DNA of 64,000 nucleotides from positions 3,296,001 through 3,360,000 of the forward strand of contig CAXXTU010000002.1 of NCBI GenBank assembly GCA_963662655.2, written 5' to 3'. Both the position numbers and the translations under genes were made by a program. The notes under the pieces were generated by a model. That model was not told where the DNA came from, searched no databases, and worked only from the letters and a program-made list of their open reading frames with translations. This DNA is from Candidatus Cloacimonadales bacterium. Lineage in GTDB: Bacteria; Cloacimonadota; Cloacimonadia; Cloacimonadales; JAIOQZ01. How positions within the stretch are numbered: the stretch's first letter is position 1; each line of letters opens with the position of its first letter. Shown here piece by piece: positions 11,299 to 20,765 of this stretch.

Positions 11299-13047
11299 TT
11301 ATTGTTGTATGCCATAATGCTGCCTGAGCGTACAAGTGACAGTTTGATGGTTTTTCAGGAGCTCCTTCATTGTCCATTGGTCGTTTGTGCTCATCACTCG
11401 TTGAGAATTCGCACATGGACTAATACGTCTATCGAAGTAGCGCTCCTTTTTCTGTATATAGTCAAGTCGTCCTTGTGAGGTGTTTTTCCGTGTAGAAATC
11501 AGCACAAGGTTACCCAGTCGATTCGTCCATTCTTCACGCTGGGCATTTGTGAAATCTTTTTTCCACTGGCTATCATCCTTGGGATTCTGTGGTAATATGT
11601 GTTCAACAGATAAGGTCTCGATACTCATTTTGTGATTATGATCGTGATACAAGAAATCAAGTTTCAGGAGTAAATACCGCGTGAAACGTCGCCCATATAC
11701 CGCAATATCTATTGATTGTTCAAAATTTGCAGTCTCGAAATCAAATGCTGAATGTGCAAGCACATCAGTTGGTTTTTCTGCACTCTCTATTACTTTGATG
11801 ATCTGATTCATACCTTCAATACGTTGTGTCGGTGTTTGCCTTACCACCCAATCCGCGCTGAACTTGTTGTCAAGCTTCACAAGAAACTCCATAAGCCTGG
11901 CGTACTTGAAATTCTCGAAGTACTTAAGTAATGGAGGTATCCAGTCTGTAGCAGGAAGACCTACGAGCATCACCTTTATCAGGTTGTCAAATCTGAAGGA
12001 ATTGCCCATATCATCGTAATTATTGTTTTCAAAAAGCATATTGTATAGCTTCAGATATTTCTCTATCAGTGAAAAAGTGTCCACACCCTTCTTCAGAAGC
12101 GGCGGTTTAAGCAATCCGGTTGACTTATCCTTTTCTTTCGGATCGTATATTTTATGCTCAAATTCGTCTAACAAGCTCAGTCTGGCTTTTTCCTTCACAA
12201 GTATCGTTCGGATGTAATTCAAGAAACGATCGAAATCATCCCCCAATTCACCTTCGGCCTCTTCCCACACCTTGGCATATTTCGTTTTCTCCTGATCGCT
12301 GGTTAGTGCTCCAAGGTTCTGTGATTTGAGTATATCGCTGTTTCGAAGCGGAACACCTCGGTCGTTGAGAATGGTGAAAAGCCGAAAAGCATCGTCGAGA
12401 TCCTCTGTCGCGACATAAATCATCAGAACATTGTTCGATAAAAAGGTTAGAAAATCGATGAGGTCGATATTATTCTCTCCCAAGTATCTCTTTATCTCGA
12501 GAATTGCTTCAGCCATGTTTCGTATCGAGGGATTATTACTTTTTGTCGCATAACCCACAATATCGTCATTCTTCAATGTGCCAGATGACTTCTTAATATG
12601 ATCGTCCACAAAAGTTTGGACGTCCTCTCGAATTGAAAAAAGCAATCTTGTTCTTTCAGGAATTTTTTGAATCCTATTTCCTTTTTGGTAAATTGAACTG
12701 GTATATGTCTCTTGAACTTCAGAATCATCACACATATCTCGAATACACGCAAAAAGCATCAATAGCGTTGTCATACGCTGTTGACCATCCAACAGGTCAT
12801 TTTCAACGTATTGCTTTTCAGATTGAGCATCTGCTGGTTTGGACTGAAATACAAAAGAGCCTAAAAAATATTCCTGATCTGGTTTCGTTTCTAAAGCATA
12901 AGTCAGATCATCGAGCAGGTCATTAATCTCATCTTTTCCCCAGATATATGGACGTTGATATTCGGGGATACGGAACCACATTTTCGAAAAGATGTCTTTA
13001 ACCAGTATTTTCTCGCTCTTGATTTCATTTCTCAAAGGCATGTCCAC
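11299..13047 (-). CDS. DUF262-DUF1524 (GmrSD-family) modification-dependent restriction endonuclease
   Basis: IPEYQRPYIW, LLDGQQRMTT, FTILNDRG (DUF262); VEHILPQ...LGNLVLI...N (DUF1524 HNH). Confidence 0.9.
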   Translation of the reverse strand: MDMPLRNEIKSEKILVKDIFSKMWFRIPEYQRPYIWGKDEINDLLDDLTYALETKPDQEYFLGSFVFQSKPADAQSEKQYVENDLLDGQQRMTTLLMLFACIRDMCDDSEVQETYTSSIYQKGNRIQKIPERTRLLFSIREDVQTFVDDHIKKSSGTLKNDDIVGYATKSNNPSIRNMAEAILEIKRYLGENNIDLIDFLTFLSNNVLMIYVATEDLDDAFRLFTILNDRGVPLRNSDILKSQNLGALTSDQEKTKYAKVWEEAEGELGDDFDRFLNYIRTILVKEKARLSLLDEFEHKIYDPKEKDKSTGLLKPPLLKKGVDTFSLIEKYLKLYNMLFENNNYDDMGNSFRFDNLIKVMLVGLPATDWIPPLLKYFENFKYARLMEFLVKLDNKFSADWVVRQTPTQRIEGMNQIIKVIESAEKPTDVLAHSAFDFETANFEQSIDIAVYGRRFTRYLLLKLDFLYHDHNHKMSIETLSVEHILPQNPKDDSQWKKDFTNAQREEWTNRLGNLVLISTRKNTSQGRLDYIQKKERYFDRRISPCANSQRVMSTNDQWTMKELLKNHQTVTCTLRQHYGIQQ

Positions 13048-13364
13048 CTCCAGCGGCTGTTAACTTTATGTTTCAAATGAAGTTTCTACAAAAGTTCTCA
13101 TGGACTAATCGTCATCCCACTCGACGTATCGTTATTTTCAGATTACACATGATCCACTTCCATTCATAGCTATTTTCGCTCCTTACAGTGTTAATTCACC
13201 AGCAATCACGTTACCATCGAAAAGAATGAAACAAACTGTTAATATGCAAGTAAGCAAATCCTGTTAAAAAGCACAAGGAAAAAATCTTAGACGCACACAA
13301 ACTCCTGTGTCATCTCAGGGCAACCCGCTTTGCCATCCTTGTGTCCTCTTCCTACTCTCGCCCC

Positions 13365-13751
13365 ATGAAACAGATTGATTTGATCGACTGGGACCGCATC
13401 CGGTTCTTCCGCAAGAGCGAGTTCGTCTGCCCGTGCTGCGGCAAGGTTGAGCTCGACGCCACCTTCGTGCTGAAGCTGGACTTGGCGCGAGAGATTGCAG
13501 GCGTGCCGTTCGTTATAACGAGCGGCTACCGTTGCCCCGCGCACAATGCCGAGGTCGGCGGGGTGAAGCAGTCCGCGCACATGGCCGGACTCGCCGCAGA
13601 CATAGCCTGCCCGGACAGCGTCACGCGCCTCGAGATACTGCGCGGCCTGATCGTGGCTGGCTTCCGGCGCATCGGCTTGGGCAAGAACTTCATCCACTGC
13701 GACGTCGACACGACCAAGCCGAACAACGTCTGGCTGTACGAGGATCGGTGA
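13365..13751 (+). CDS. Peptidase M15A (D-Ala-D-Ala carboxypeptidase-like) phage endolysin
   Basis: FxCPCCG, ITSGYRCPAHN, SAHMAGLAADI, FIHCD. Confidence 0.9.
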   Translation: MKQIDLIDWDRIRFFRKSEFVCPCCGKVELDATFVLKLDLAREIAGVPFVITSGYRCPAHNAEVGGVKQSAHMAGLAADIACPDSVTRLEILRGLIVAGFRRIGLGKNFIHCDVDTTKPNNVWLYEDR

Positions 13752-14212
13752 TGGTTGTGCTGCCCGTTGCGACCGACAAGGCACTCGCCGTTCTCAACCT
13801 GACCAGCGACCGGCGCATCACCGCAACGTTCGAGGAGCACGCACCCGCCGTGATGCTGCTGCTGAAGCGCGTCTCGGATTCAGATGTGTGGGCCGACCTG
13901 CTCGCAGACGAGACCGACGACGACACTGTCAATTGCTACACCTTCGCGTACTGCTACATGTTACTTGCTGAGACGGTCGAGTTGCTCAACCTGAAGACGC
14001 TCGGTGAAGGCATCATCAAGACCACCGGTATCGACACGCAGCAGACGGAGCTGCTGACCGGAAGCGAGGTGCAGGCATTCCGCAAACACCTGACCATCAA
14101 GGCACTGGAAACGATAGAAGACTTTCTCAACGCAGACGGCTACTCGCGGCTCCGCGAACTGGCTCTCGGTACCTCCCGACACCGCACCCGCACCAAGGCA
14201 AGCGTGATATGA
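13751..14212 (+). CDS. Phage hypothetical protein (possible head completion)
   Basis: Translationally coupled to neighbours; phage codon usage. Confidence 0.7.
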   Translation: MVVLPVATDKALAVLNLTSDRRITATFEEHAPAVMLLLKRVSDSDVWADLLADETDDDTVNCYTFAYCYMLLAETVELLNLKTLGEGIIKTTGIDTQQTELLTGSEVQAFRKHLTIKALETIEDFLNADGYSRLRELALGTSRHRTRTKASVI

Positions 14213-14691
14213 CCCCTCCCAACTACTCCCAAAGCGACATCTACCGCGCCATCTTCGCGGCCATCGAGAGCCGTCTGCATCTCATTGGAAGCGTGATCGA
14301 TGGCGAAGCGCGACGCCTGATTCTGGAGCGGGACATCAAGGCCGAGGGCGACTTTCTGGCCAATACCGGCTACGAGGTCGAGGTGGGAAGCGCATCCATC
14401 GACCTGATCGTCGGCTCCAACGTGCCGCACGAGCCGTTCGTATTGGGCGGCAAGGTGCCGTCCTGGACACCGCTCGAGCCGCTCAAGGCGTGGGTGGAGC
14501 GTAAGAACCTGTCGTGGGTCGACAAGAAGAGCGGCAAGCAGCTCAGCGTCGAGCAAATGGCGTACATGATCCGCGCCAAGATCAAGCGTGAGGGCATCCC
14601 GGCGCGCAACGTATTCGCGGAAGTGATCAAGAACCGCGAGTCGTGGATCTTCCAGCAACTCGACAGCATCGAGGTGCGAAATGATAACTAA
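14209..14691 (+). CDS. Phage hypothetical protein (virion morphogenesis/neck-like)
   Basis: ATGA overlap; IVGSNVPHEPFV...PLKAWV...IKREGIPAR. Confidence 0.7.
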   Translation: MTPPNYSQSDIYRAIFAAIESRLHLIGSVIDGEARRLILERDIKAEGDFLANTGYEVEVGSASIDLIVGSNVPHEPFVLGGKVPSWTPLEPLKAWVERKNLSWVDKKSGKQLSVEQMAYMIRAKIKREGIPARNVFAEVIKNRESWIFQQLDSIEVRNDN

Positions 14692-14704
14692 TTCGTCAGT
14701 TAGC

Positions 14705-15121
14705 TCAGATATTCACCTCTACAAGCGTGATTGTCTCGAATTCTTCATTATTGATTTGACCATAGATTACGAAATTTCCATTAAGTGCCAATGGATCAAG
14801 AACTTCAAGGATGTTGCTCCTTGGAATCGGAATTCCTACTCCTCTAAGGTAGTCAGCAGCAGTTTTTGGTATCTGCTTCTTGTGGGATTTATCATGTGCA
14901 GTACCATCGATGTTTACAGCGGCTACTTGGTTTTGCCTGCAAAAAACGTGATAATGAGGAAGTCCCTGAGGAATGTGTGCGGAGTGTTTCTTAACCGAAT
15001 AAGTACCACCAATATGTTTCCCAACATATTTCGCCTCTATCAGCAGCTCCTTGTTCTCCGCCTCATAGAAGTACAAGAACAGAACGAACTCATTCGGTTG
15101 AATGATTACAATACGTTTCAT
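14705..15121 (-). CDS. AT-rich moron, His-rich hypothetical protein
   Basis: GGGGGA RBS then ATG 15121; H..H....HYH...NIDGTAHDKSH; opposite strand to phage genes. Confidence 0.7.
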   Translation of the reverse strand: MKRIVIIQPNEFVLFLYFYEAENKELLIEAKYVGKHIGGTYSVKKHSAHIPQGLPHYHVFCRQNQVAAVNIDGTAHDKSHKKQIPKTAADYLRGVGIPIPRSNILEVLDPLALNGNFVIYGQINNEEFETITLVEVNI

Positions 15122-15173
15122 AAGTCCCCCTTTTTCAGTACAATGAAAACGATAACATTGTGAGTCAATCAAA

Positions 15174-15554
15174 ATGTGCAATTTCATCACAAAACGAAAA
15201 CAAATCTGCAAGGCGTTGGACGCCTGTGGGATCGATGCGGAAAACATCCGCTTCCACAAAGACGACATCCCGTCCGCATTCCCCGCCGCGATGGTGGTCT
15301 TGCAAGGAGAGAAAGGCGTCAACGGCACCAGCAAGCGGTACACGAGCATCGAGCACGACATCGGCGTGTTTCTCATCGTGGATGTCAACGACTCCGACGA
15401 CCCGGACAGCGCAGTGATCGCGCTCTCGGAGCGGTTCCGCGAGCAGTATCGCAATCACCTCGGACGGGACATCCCGCAGGTCGAGTACTACGCCGCCAGA
15501 GCCGATTCGGGCCGCAGAGTCCGCATCGCAAAAGTATTCACAGTGACGCCATGA
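15174..15554 (+). CDS. Phage hypothetical protein (possible tail terminator)
   Basis: 126-aa ORF, ATGA-coupled to the portal gene. Confidence 0.65.
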   Translation: MCNFITKRKQICKALDACGIDAENIRFHKDDIPSAFPAAMVVLQGEKGVNGTSKRYTSIEHDIGVFLIVDVNDSDDPDSAVIALSERFREQYRNHLGRDIPQVEYYAARADSGRRVRIAKVFTVTP

Positions 15555-16741
15555 GAGTGCGCAAGATCGGCGGGTTCAACGTCGGGTACAGTGACACCGA
15601 CGAGCTGCTCCAGAAGCGGTACGGCGGCGTTGAACTGGACTTAAACAATTGTAAGTGGACTGGCCCTCGACGACTCACGAAAGCGCAGGAGCAGCGGAAG
15701 ATCGTCTCGTCGCCATACTCGATGAGTAACCTGCTGCGGCTGCTGGAGAAGGACGAGTACCACGCCGGTTGCGTTGCCGCGAAGATGAACGCTACCGTGA
15801 TGCAGGTCGAGGTGAAGAACTCGAACCTCAAGAAATGGCTCCTCGAAGCCCAGTATCCGGGCAGCGAGGACGTGCCGTCCGTGCTGGCGGAGTTCCTCAA
15901 GTACTACCTTTCCTGCGGCAACGGCTTCCTGCTCAAGATGCGCAACACGAAAGGCCAGTGGGTCGGCCTCGAACGGCTTCTGCCCACCGAGACCCAGATC
16001 GTCGAAAACTACGACGAGTTTGGGTTCTTCCGTCCGGACTTCATTCAGGTGCGCAACGGCAAGAAGAAGTTCTTCCCCGGTGCGGACGTAATCCACTTCA
16101 AACAGACGACGCACAAGTCCAACGCGTGGGGTGTAGCGTGCCTGCCGGTCGCGGTCAACATCGAGATTCTCTCCGAAGTCAAAGTCTTCGACTACAACAA
16201 CTTCAAGAACGGGTTGCTGGTCGATTACTTCATGATCGTCGAGGGCGGTTCGCTGCGTGACGACGTGGTCGAGGACGCAGACGGCAACGAGGTGCTCAAG
16301 GACGCCTTCACCGTGATCGAGGAGACGCTGCAGACCGCGAAAGGCAACAACAAGTCGCACACGACCGTCCTCATCGAGACCGAGAACAAGGACGCTCGTA
16401 TCCGACTCGAACCGCTCCGCCAGCAAGATCGCGACGGCGGCTTTATCACCCTCAAGAAAGACCTGCGCGAGGGCATTTTCGCATACCACAGAGTCCCCGC
16501 GAGGATCGTTTCGCAGCTCATCCCGGGGCAGCTCGGGGGCGACAACCGCTCCGACATGCTGATGTTCCACCATTTCGTGATCAAGCCGCTCCAGCACCGG
16601 CTCGGGCAAGTGTTGAGCAGCGCGTTCAACGCCGAGTTTGACTGGAAGCTCACCCCCGCCGACTTCGACTTCGGCGACCTGACTTCGATCTTCGAGAGCG
16701 AGGACGAGAAACTATTCAATTCCAATAGATTAGGAGGCTGA
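15551..16741 (+). CDS. Phage portal protein
   Basis: YLSCGNGFL, VIHFK...WGV, FKNG, IFAYHRVPARIV, IKPLQ motifs; true start ATG 15551. Confidence 0.85.
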   Translation: MRVRKIGGFNVGYSDTDELLQKRYGGVELDLNNCKWTGPRRLTKAQEQRKIVSSPYSMSNLLRLLEKDEYHAGCVAAKMNATVMQVEVKNSNLKKWLLEAQYPGSEDVPSVLAEFLKYYLSCGNGFLLKMRNTKGQWVGLERLLPTETQIVENYDEFGFFRPDFIQVRNGKKKFFPGADVIHFKQTTHKSNAWGVACLPVAVNIEILSEVKVFDYNNFKNGLLVDYFMIVEGGSLRDDVVEDADGNEVLKDAFTVIEETLQTAKGNNKSHTTVLIETENKDARIRLEPLRQQDRDGGFITLKKDLREGIFAYHRVPARIVSQLIPGQLGGDNRSDMLMFHHFVIKPLQHRLGQVLSSAFNAEFDWKLTPADFDFGDLTSIFESEDEKLFNSNRLGG

Positions 16742-18478
16742 ATGCAAGAACGTAAAACCGTGCGCAAGGGCGAGTTGCGCAACGTCGAGGTGGAGCTCGT
16801 TTCGCTGCTGTTCGACGACATGAACCCCGCCAACCAGAAGGGCTTCGTGGTGAAGTCCGCCACCGGCAAGAGCTACAAGGTGCGCGGCTCGTCCGTGAAG
16901 TTCAAAAGCGAGACCAAGGGGCGTCAGGGGCGACTGTTCGTGACCCTCATGGAGCCGGACGTGAAGGACGCGCAGGGCGATTTCTACACCGCCGAGGAGA
17001 TCCAGAAGGCCTGCGACCACTTCAGCAAGCACGGCATGGTCGGACGCAACGACATCAACCACAACAACCACCCGATCGACGACTTCTCGGTCGCCGAGAA
17101 CTACATCCTGAAGACCGAGGATCGCACGCATTTCCCCGATACGAGAGTGGGAGCTTGGGTGCAGGTCTTGAAGTGCGACGACCTCGATTCCGCGCTGTGG
17201 AAGAAGGTCGAGAAGGGCGACTTCAACGGCGTCTCGATCTACGGCCGCGCGGACGACTACAACAACACCAACGAGACCTTGAAGGCCATCCGCGACGAGA
17301 TTGCGGGGCTGCGCGACCTGCAGAAGTCGCTGAAGGACGCCGACCGTGAAGCGGAACTCGAGTCCGCGATTGACGAGCTTGAGAGCAAGGTTTCGAGGCT
17401 GGAGAGCGGCATCGACGACGGCGGTCTGCGCGAAGCCGTGAAGTCCATCGAGAAGAGCCTCGACAGCCTCTCGACCACGATGAGCCGCGCCATTTCGAAG
17501 AGCATTCAGGGCGAGCCTGACACCGATGGCGGCGACCGCGAGGTGATCGTCAACGGCGAGAAGGTGCTTGTGAAGGCGTCGCACCGCGAGATCTACAAGG
17601 GTATCGCGGACGTCGACTCCGGCAAGGCGATGAGCATCCTGACGCCCAACAACACGAGCCTGTTCATCGACGAGGTGATCGGTTCCAAGCCGGGCGACAC
17701 ACTGACCGACATCTCGGTCATCCCGCTGCTCAAGGACGAGAAAATCGACGTCGGCCTCATCGAAGACCTGATCTTCCACAACTCGCTCGACGGTACGCTC
17801 TCCGCGCAGGACGTAGCCACCGCCGACCTGTCCTGCCCCACCGGCATCCTGATGGCCGAGTTCACGTTGGGCCGCGACGTCGTCGAGTTCTACAAGGACA
17901 AGTACGGTGAGGACGCCTTCGGAGCCTACGTTGAGCAGCACATCGCGCGCAAGACCGAGAAGGCGATGAGGCTACTGCTGTTCCGGGGTGACAGGGCATC
18001 GGCGACGGCTAAGCTGAAAGCTCTCAACGGTCTCGTGAAGCTGGCGACCGATGGAGCCGACATCACGGCCATCAGTCCCACAACCTACGACGAGTGGACC
18101 GACCGCTTCGAGCAGGTTCTACTCGGCTTCACCGACGAGATGCTGGAGGAGCAGGAGAGCTTCCGTATCTACGTGAGCCACAAGGATCTGATTCGCATCC
18201 GCACGGAGCTTGGCCAGCGCGAGACGAACAAGGGCGACAAGCTGCTCCTCGAGGGCGGCAAGGTCAGCTTCAGCGGCATCCCGGTCAAGGCGCGGCTCCT
18301 GCCCGACAACTACATCGTCTGCGGCCTGACCAAGTTCATCATCATCGGCTATCGCACCGACGCCGAACTCAAGGTGGAGCACCACGGCGCGGACTGGAAG
18401 TACCACTGGTACATCCGCATCCGGCCCGGCATCACCTACGTTCCGGGCTTCGTCAAATTCTACCAGCTCACCGACTAA
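16742..18478 (+). CDS. XkdF-like prohead protease fused to major capsid protein
   Basis: ELVSL...PANQKGF, EPDVKDAQGD, FNGVSIYG, then coiled-coil scaffold and HK97-like capsid C-terminus. Confidence 0.8.
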   Translation: MQERKTVRKGELRNVEVELVSLLFDDMNPANQKGFVVKSATGKSYKVRGSSVKFKSETKGRQGRLFVTLMEPDVKDAQGDFYTAEEIQKACDHFSKHGMVGRNDINHNNHPIDDFSVAENYILKTEDRTHFPDTRVGAWVQVLKCDDLDSALWKKVEKGDFNGVSIYGRADDYNNTNETLKAIRDEIAGLRDLQKSLKDADREAELESAIDELESKVSRLESGIDDGGLREAVKSIEKSLDSLSTTMSRAISKSIQGEPDTDGGDREVIVNGEKVLVKASHREIYKGIADVDSGKAMSILTPNNTSLFIDEVIGSKPGDTLTDISVIPLLKDEKIDVGLIEDLIFHNSLDGTLSAQDVATADLSCPTGILMAEFTLGRDVVEFYKDKYGEDAFGAYVEQHIARKTEKAMRLLLFRGDRASATAKLKALNGLVKLATDGADITAISPTTYDEWTDRFEQVLLGFTDEMLEEQESFRIYVSHKDLIRIRTELGQRETNKGDKLLLEGGKVSFSGIPVKARLLPDNYIVCGLTKFIIIGYRTDAELKVEHHGADWKYHWYIRIRPGITYVPGFVKFYQLTD

Positions 18479-18486
18479 CCAAAATC

Positions 18487-18577
18487 AATGATGAATGAGG
18501 AATGAGCAATTAGAAATGAAGGCACAGACGCGACCAAACCGCCAGTTGTCATCATTCATAATTCCTAATTCATAATT
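18487..18577. repeat. Inverted 7-bp-periodic repeat array
   Basis: AATGATG AATGAGG AATGAGC AATTAGA AATGAAG ... CATCATT CATAATT CCTAATT CATAATT. Confidence 0.75.
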
Positions 18578-18598
18578 AACGACTGAAAGGAGTTACGT

Positions 18599-18799
18599 AT
18601 GTGGAAGTGGATACTCAAACAGGCGATCAAGGCTCTCGCAGAGCCGATTGTGGACGCCGTCATCAGCGCGCTCGAAGCCCTCGCGAAGCGTAGCGAGAAC
18701 ACCATCGACGACGCCTTCGTGGCGAAGTTCCGCGAGTTCAAGGAGGCCATCGTCGGCTTCATCCTCGCGCACTGCGACAACATCGTGAAAAGCGCGTAG
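18599..18799 (+). CDS. Small phage hypothetical protein
   Basis: AAGGAG RBS; 66 aa; SENTIDD motif. Confidence 0.7.
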   Translation: MWKWILKQAIKALAEPIVDAVISALEALAKRSENTIDDAFVAKFREFKEAIVGFILAHCDNIVKSA

Positions 18800-18808
18800 G
18801 GAGCGGCC

Positions 18809-19354
18809 ATGCCCGTAGAAAAACCCACCCTACCCACCGGCATGAGCTCCGGTGACCTCGCGAACCTGCTCAACCAGATCGGCGGCGTGGACGTGTACAA
18901 CGTCCACGTCGGGGTCGGCGAGCTGACGGAGAGCGAAATCTCCGCGATGTTCGCCGCACAGGATGCCATGCAGACCGAGCTGGATTCGAACTTCGAGGAA
19001 CTCGGCGAACTGGCCGAGAAGCCGTTCAAGGTCGAATCCAAGACCGAGAAGCTCAAGACCCGGCACTACCAGATCGAGGGCAAGCGCACGAACGTGGTGA
19101 CCGTCACCATCGTGGGCATCAACGAGGACAAGAAGAACTGGCTCGAAGAGCAGAGCGCAGGCATGGCGCAGATCACGCTCGTGGCTGTGTCCAAGGACAA
19201 GACGCAGGCGGTGCTCATCAACGGCTGCCGCTGGACGGTCGACTGGAGCGGTGAAGCTGACGGCCTGTACACGCAGGAAGTCACCACCGAGTTCACCGGC
19301 AAGACGAGCGGTCGTATCGGATTCTACAACAAGATACCGGCCACGGTCGAATAG
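18809..19354 (+). CDS. Putative major tail (tube) protein
   Basis: Beta-rich 181-aa ORF between the capsid and tail chaperone genes. Confidence 0.55.
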   Translation: MPVEKPTLPTGMSSGDLANLLNQIGGVDVYNVHVGVGELTESEISAMFAAQDAMQTELDSNFEELGELAEKPFKVESKTEKLKTRHYQIEGKRTNVVTVTIVGINEDKKNWLEEQSAGMAQITLVAVSKDKTQAVLINGCRWTVDWSGEADGLYTQEVTTEFTGKTSGRIGFYNKIPATVE

Positions 19355-19362
19355 GAGAGAAC

Positions 19363-19563
19363 ATGGACTGCAGATGCGATCCTGAAATTCGCAAGAAGAT
19401 ATCGGACGTGCACAAGGAGGTCTACGGCAACGGCGATTCGAGCCGGTCAATGGTCACCCGTATTGCGCGACTGGAAACCAACATCAAGCTGCTCACCAGC
19501 CTGACCGTCAGCCAGTTCTTTCTGCTCGTCGGCGTCGCCGTGAAGACCTTTCTGGGGGCGTGA
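19363..19563 (+). CDS. Small phage membrane protein (coiled coil + C-terminal TM)
   Basis: AGGAG RBS; VYGNG...RIARLE + hydrophobic tail. Confidence 0.7.
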   Translation: MDCRCDPEIRKKISDVHKEVYGNGDSSRSMVTRIARLETNIKLLTSLTVSQFFLLVGVAVKTFLGA

Positions 19564-20011
19564 TGGACATCAGTTACGCGACCTTTCGCAAGGTGCTATC
19601 GACGCTTCTGAGGAACGAAAACCTGCGCGACGGACTCACCGACCTGCTCGCCGGTAACGAGCTGGAACTGAGCGAGGTCAGCTTCCTGGACTTGCTCGAA
19701 GCCTCGAACGTCGACATCGACATCCTGCGCATCCTCACCGGACGCGAGCCTGAGGACACTTCTCCCCAGCAGGCGGCGGAGGTGTTCACGGCTTTTTTCT
19801 CGGCTGTCAGAGGCAGTTGGCGCGCGTTTCAGCCCTTGCTCGACGCTTTGGGCTACACGGCGCAAGTGCAAGCGGGGACAGCATAGAACGTATCGAGATG
19901 GCCCTGCGCGGGGCGGGGTTCACACAGGCCGACTTCATCGAGCTGAGCCTGTCCGAACTCTACCTCCGCTACTGCCTCGCCATCGAAACAACAAGGAAAC
20001 ACAATGGATAG
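19560..20011 (+). CDS. Tail assembly chaperone pair (G/GT-like): 19560-19886 plus -1 frameshift extension to 20011
   Basis: In-frame slippery T TTT TTC at 19793-19799; -1 frame open to 20011 with LSLSELYLRY helix. Confidence 0.75.
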
Positions 20012-20765
20012 TCTCATCACATGGATCGGCGGCAAGAAGCTGCTGCGCAAGAAAATCGCCAGCCTCGTCCCTGACGACATCACCGGCTATGTGGAGCCGT
20101 TCGGCGGCGCGGGTTGGGTGCTCTTCCACCGCGACCGCTGGGCCCGTCTCGAGGTATACAACGACCTCGATTCGCGTCTCACAAACCTCTTTCTGCAGGT
20201 GAAGTTCCATCCCGATGCACTCGTGAAGGAGCTCGAGCTGATGCCAGCCTCCCGAGCATTGTTTGACGAACTGGTCGACCAGCCCGGTCTGACAGAGCTG
20301 CAACGCGCCGCGCGATTCCTCTACATCATCACCCGTTCGTTCGGCGGCAAGGGCGAGCACTTCGGCAGGGCATCCACGTCAGGCCCAAGCAGCATGCAGC
20401 GCAAGCTGGAGCGCGTCCACGACCTCAGCAAGCGGCTCGACAAGGTCACCATCGAACACCTGCCGTACAACGAGCTGATCGCCTTCTACGACCGGTCCGG
20501 TGTCTTCTTCTACTGCGACCCGCCATACGTTCATGGCACTACCTACGCGAATGCCCGGCACTTCGACCACGAGCGGCTTCGGGACGTGCTCAAGGGCGTG
20601 AAAGGCCGCTGGTTGCTCTCTTACGACGACTGCCCCGAGGTGCGTGAGCTGTACGCCGGTCACACCATCATCCCGGTCAGTCGCGTGAAGGGGATCAACC
20701 GCATGCAGGGCGAGAGCATGTTCAAGGAGGTGATTATCGCAAACTATGAGGTGCCAGATGAATAG
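20004..20765 (+). CDS. DNA adenine methyltransferase (D12/Dam family) 1
   Basis: WIGGK, YVEPFGGAG, YNDL, YCDPPY, WLLSY. Confidence 0.92.
   Translation: MDSLITWIGGKKLLRKKIASLVPDDITGYVEPFGGAGWVLFHRDRWARLEVYNDLDSRLTNLFLQVKFHPDALVKELELMPASRALFDELVDQPGLTELQRAARFLYIITRSFGGKGEHFGRASTSGPSSMQRKLERVHDLSKRLDKVTIEHLPYNELIAFYDRSGVFFYCDPPYVHGTTYANARHFDHERLRDVLKGVKGRWLLSYDDCPEVRELYAGHTIIPVSRVKGINRMQGESMFKEVIIANYEVPDE

Noticed and set aside
14681..15163. 160-aa + strand ORF after a GAGGTG RBS
   Set aside because: Antisense to the more protein-like minus-strand moron; the RBS probably belonged to the displaced phage gene
15641..17941. Long antisense ORFs (15641-16609, 16730-17941; also 39115-40212, 53809-55497, 55527-56837)
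   Set aside because: Mirror frames of strongly GC3-biased genes; no motifs or RBS
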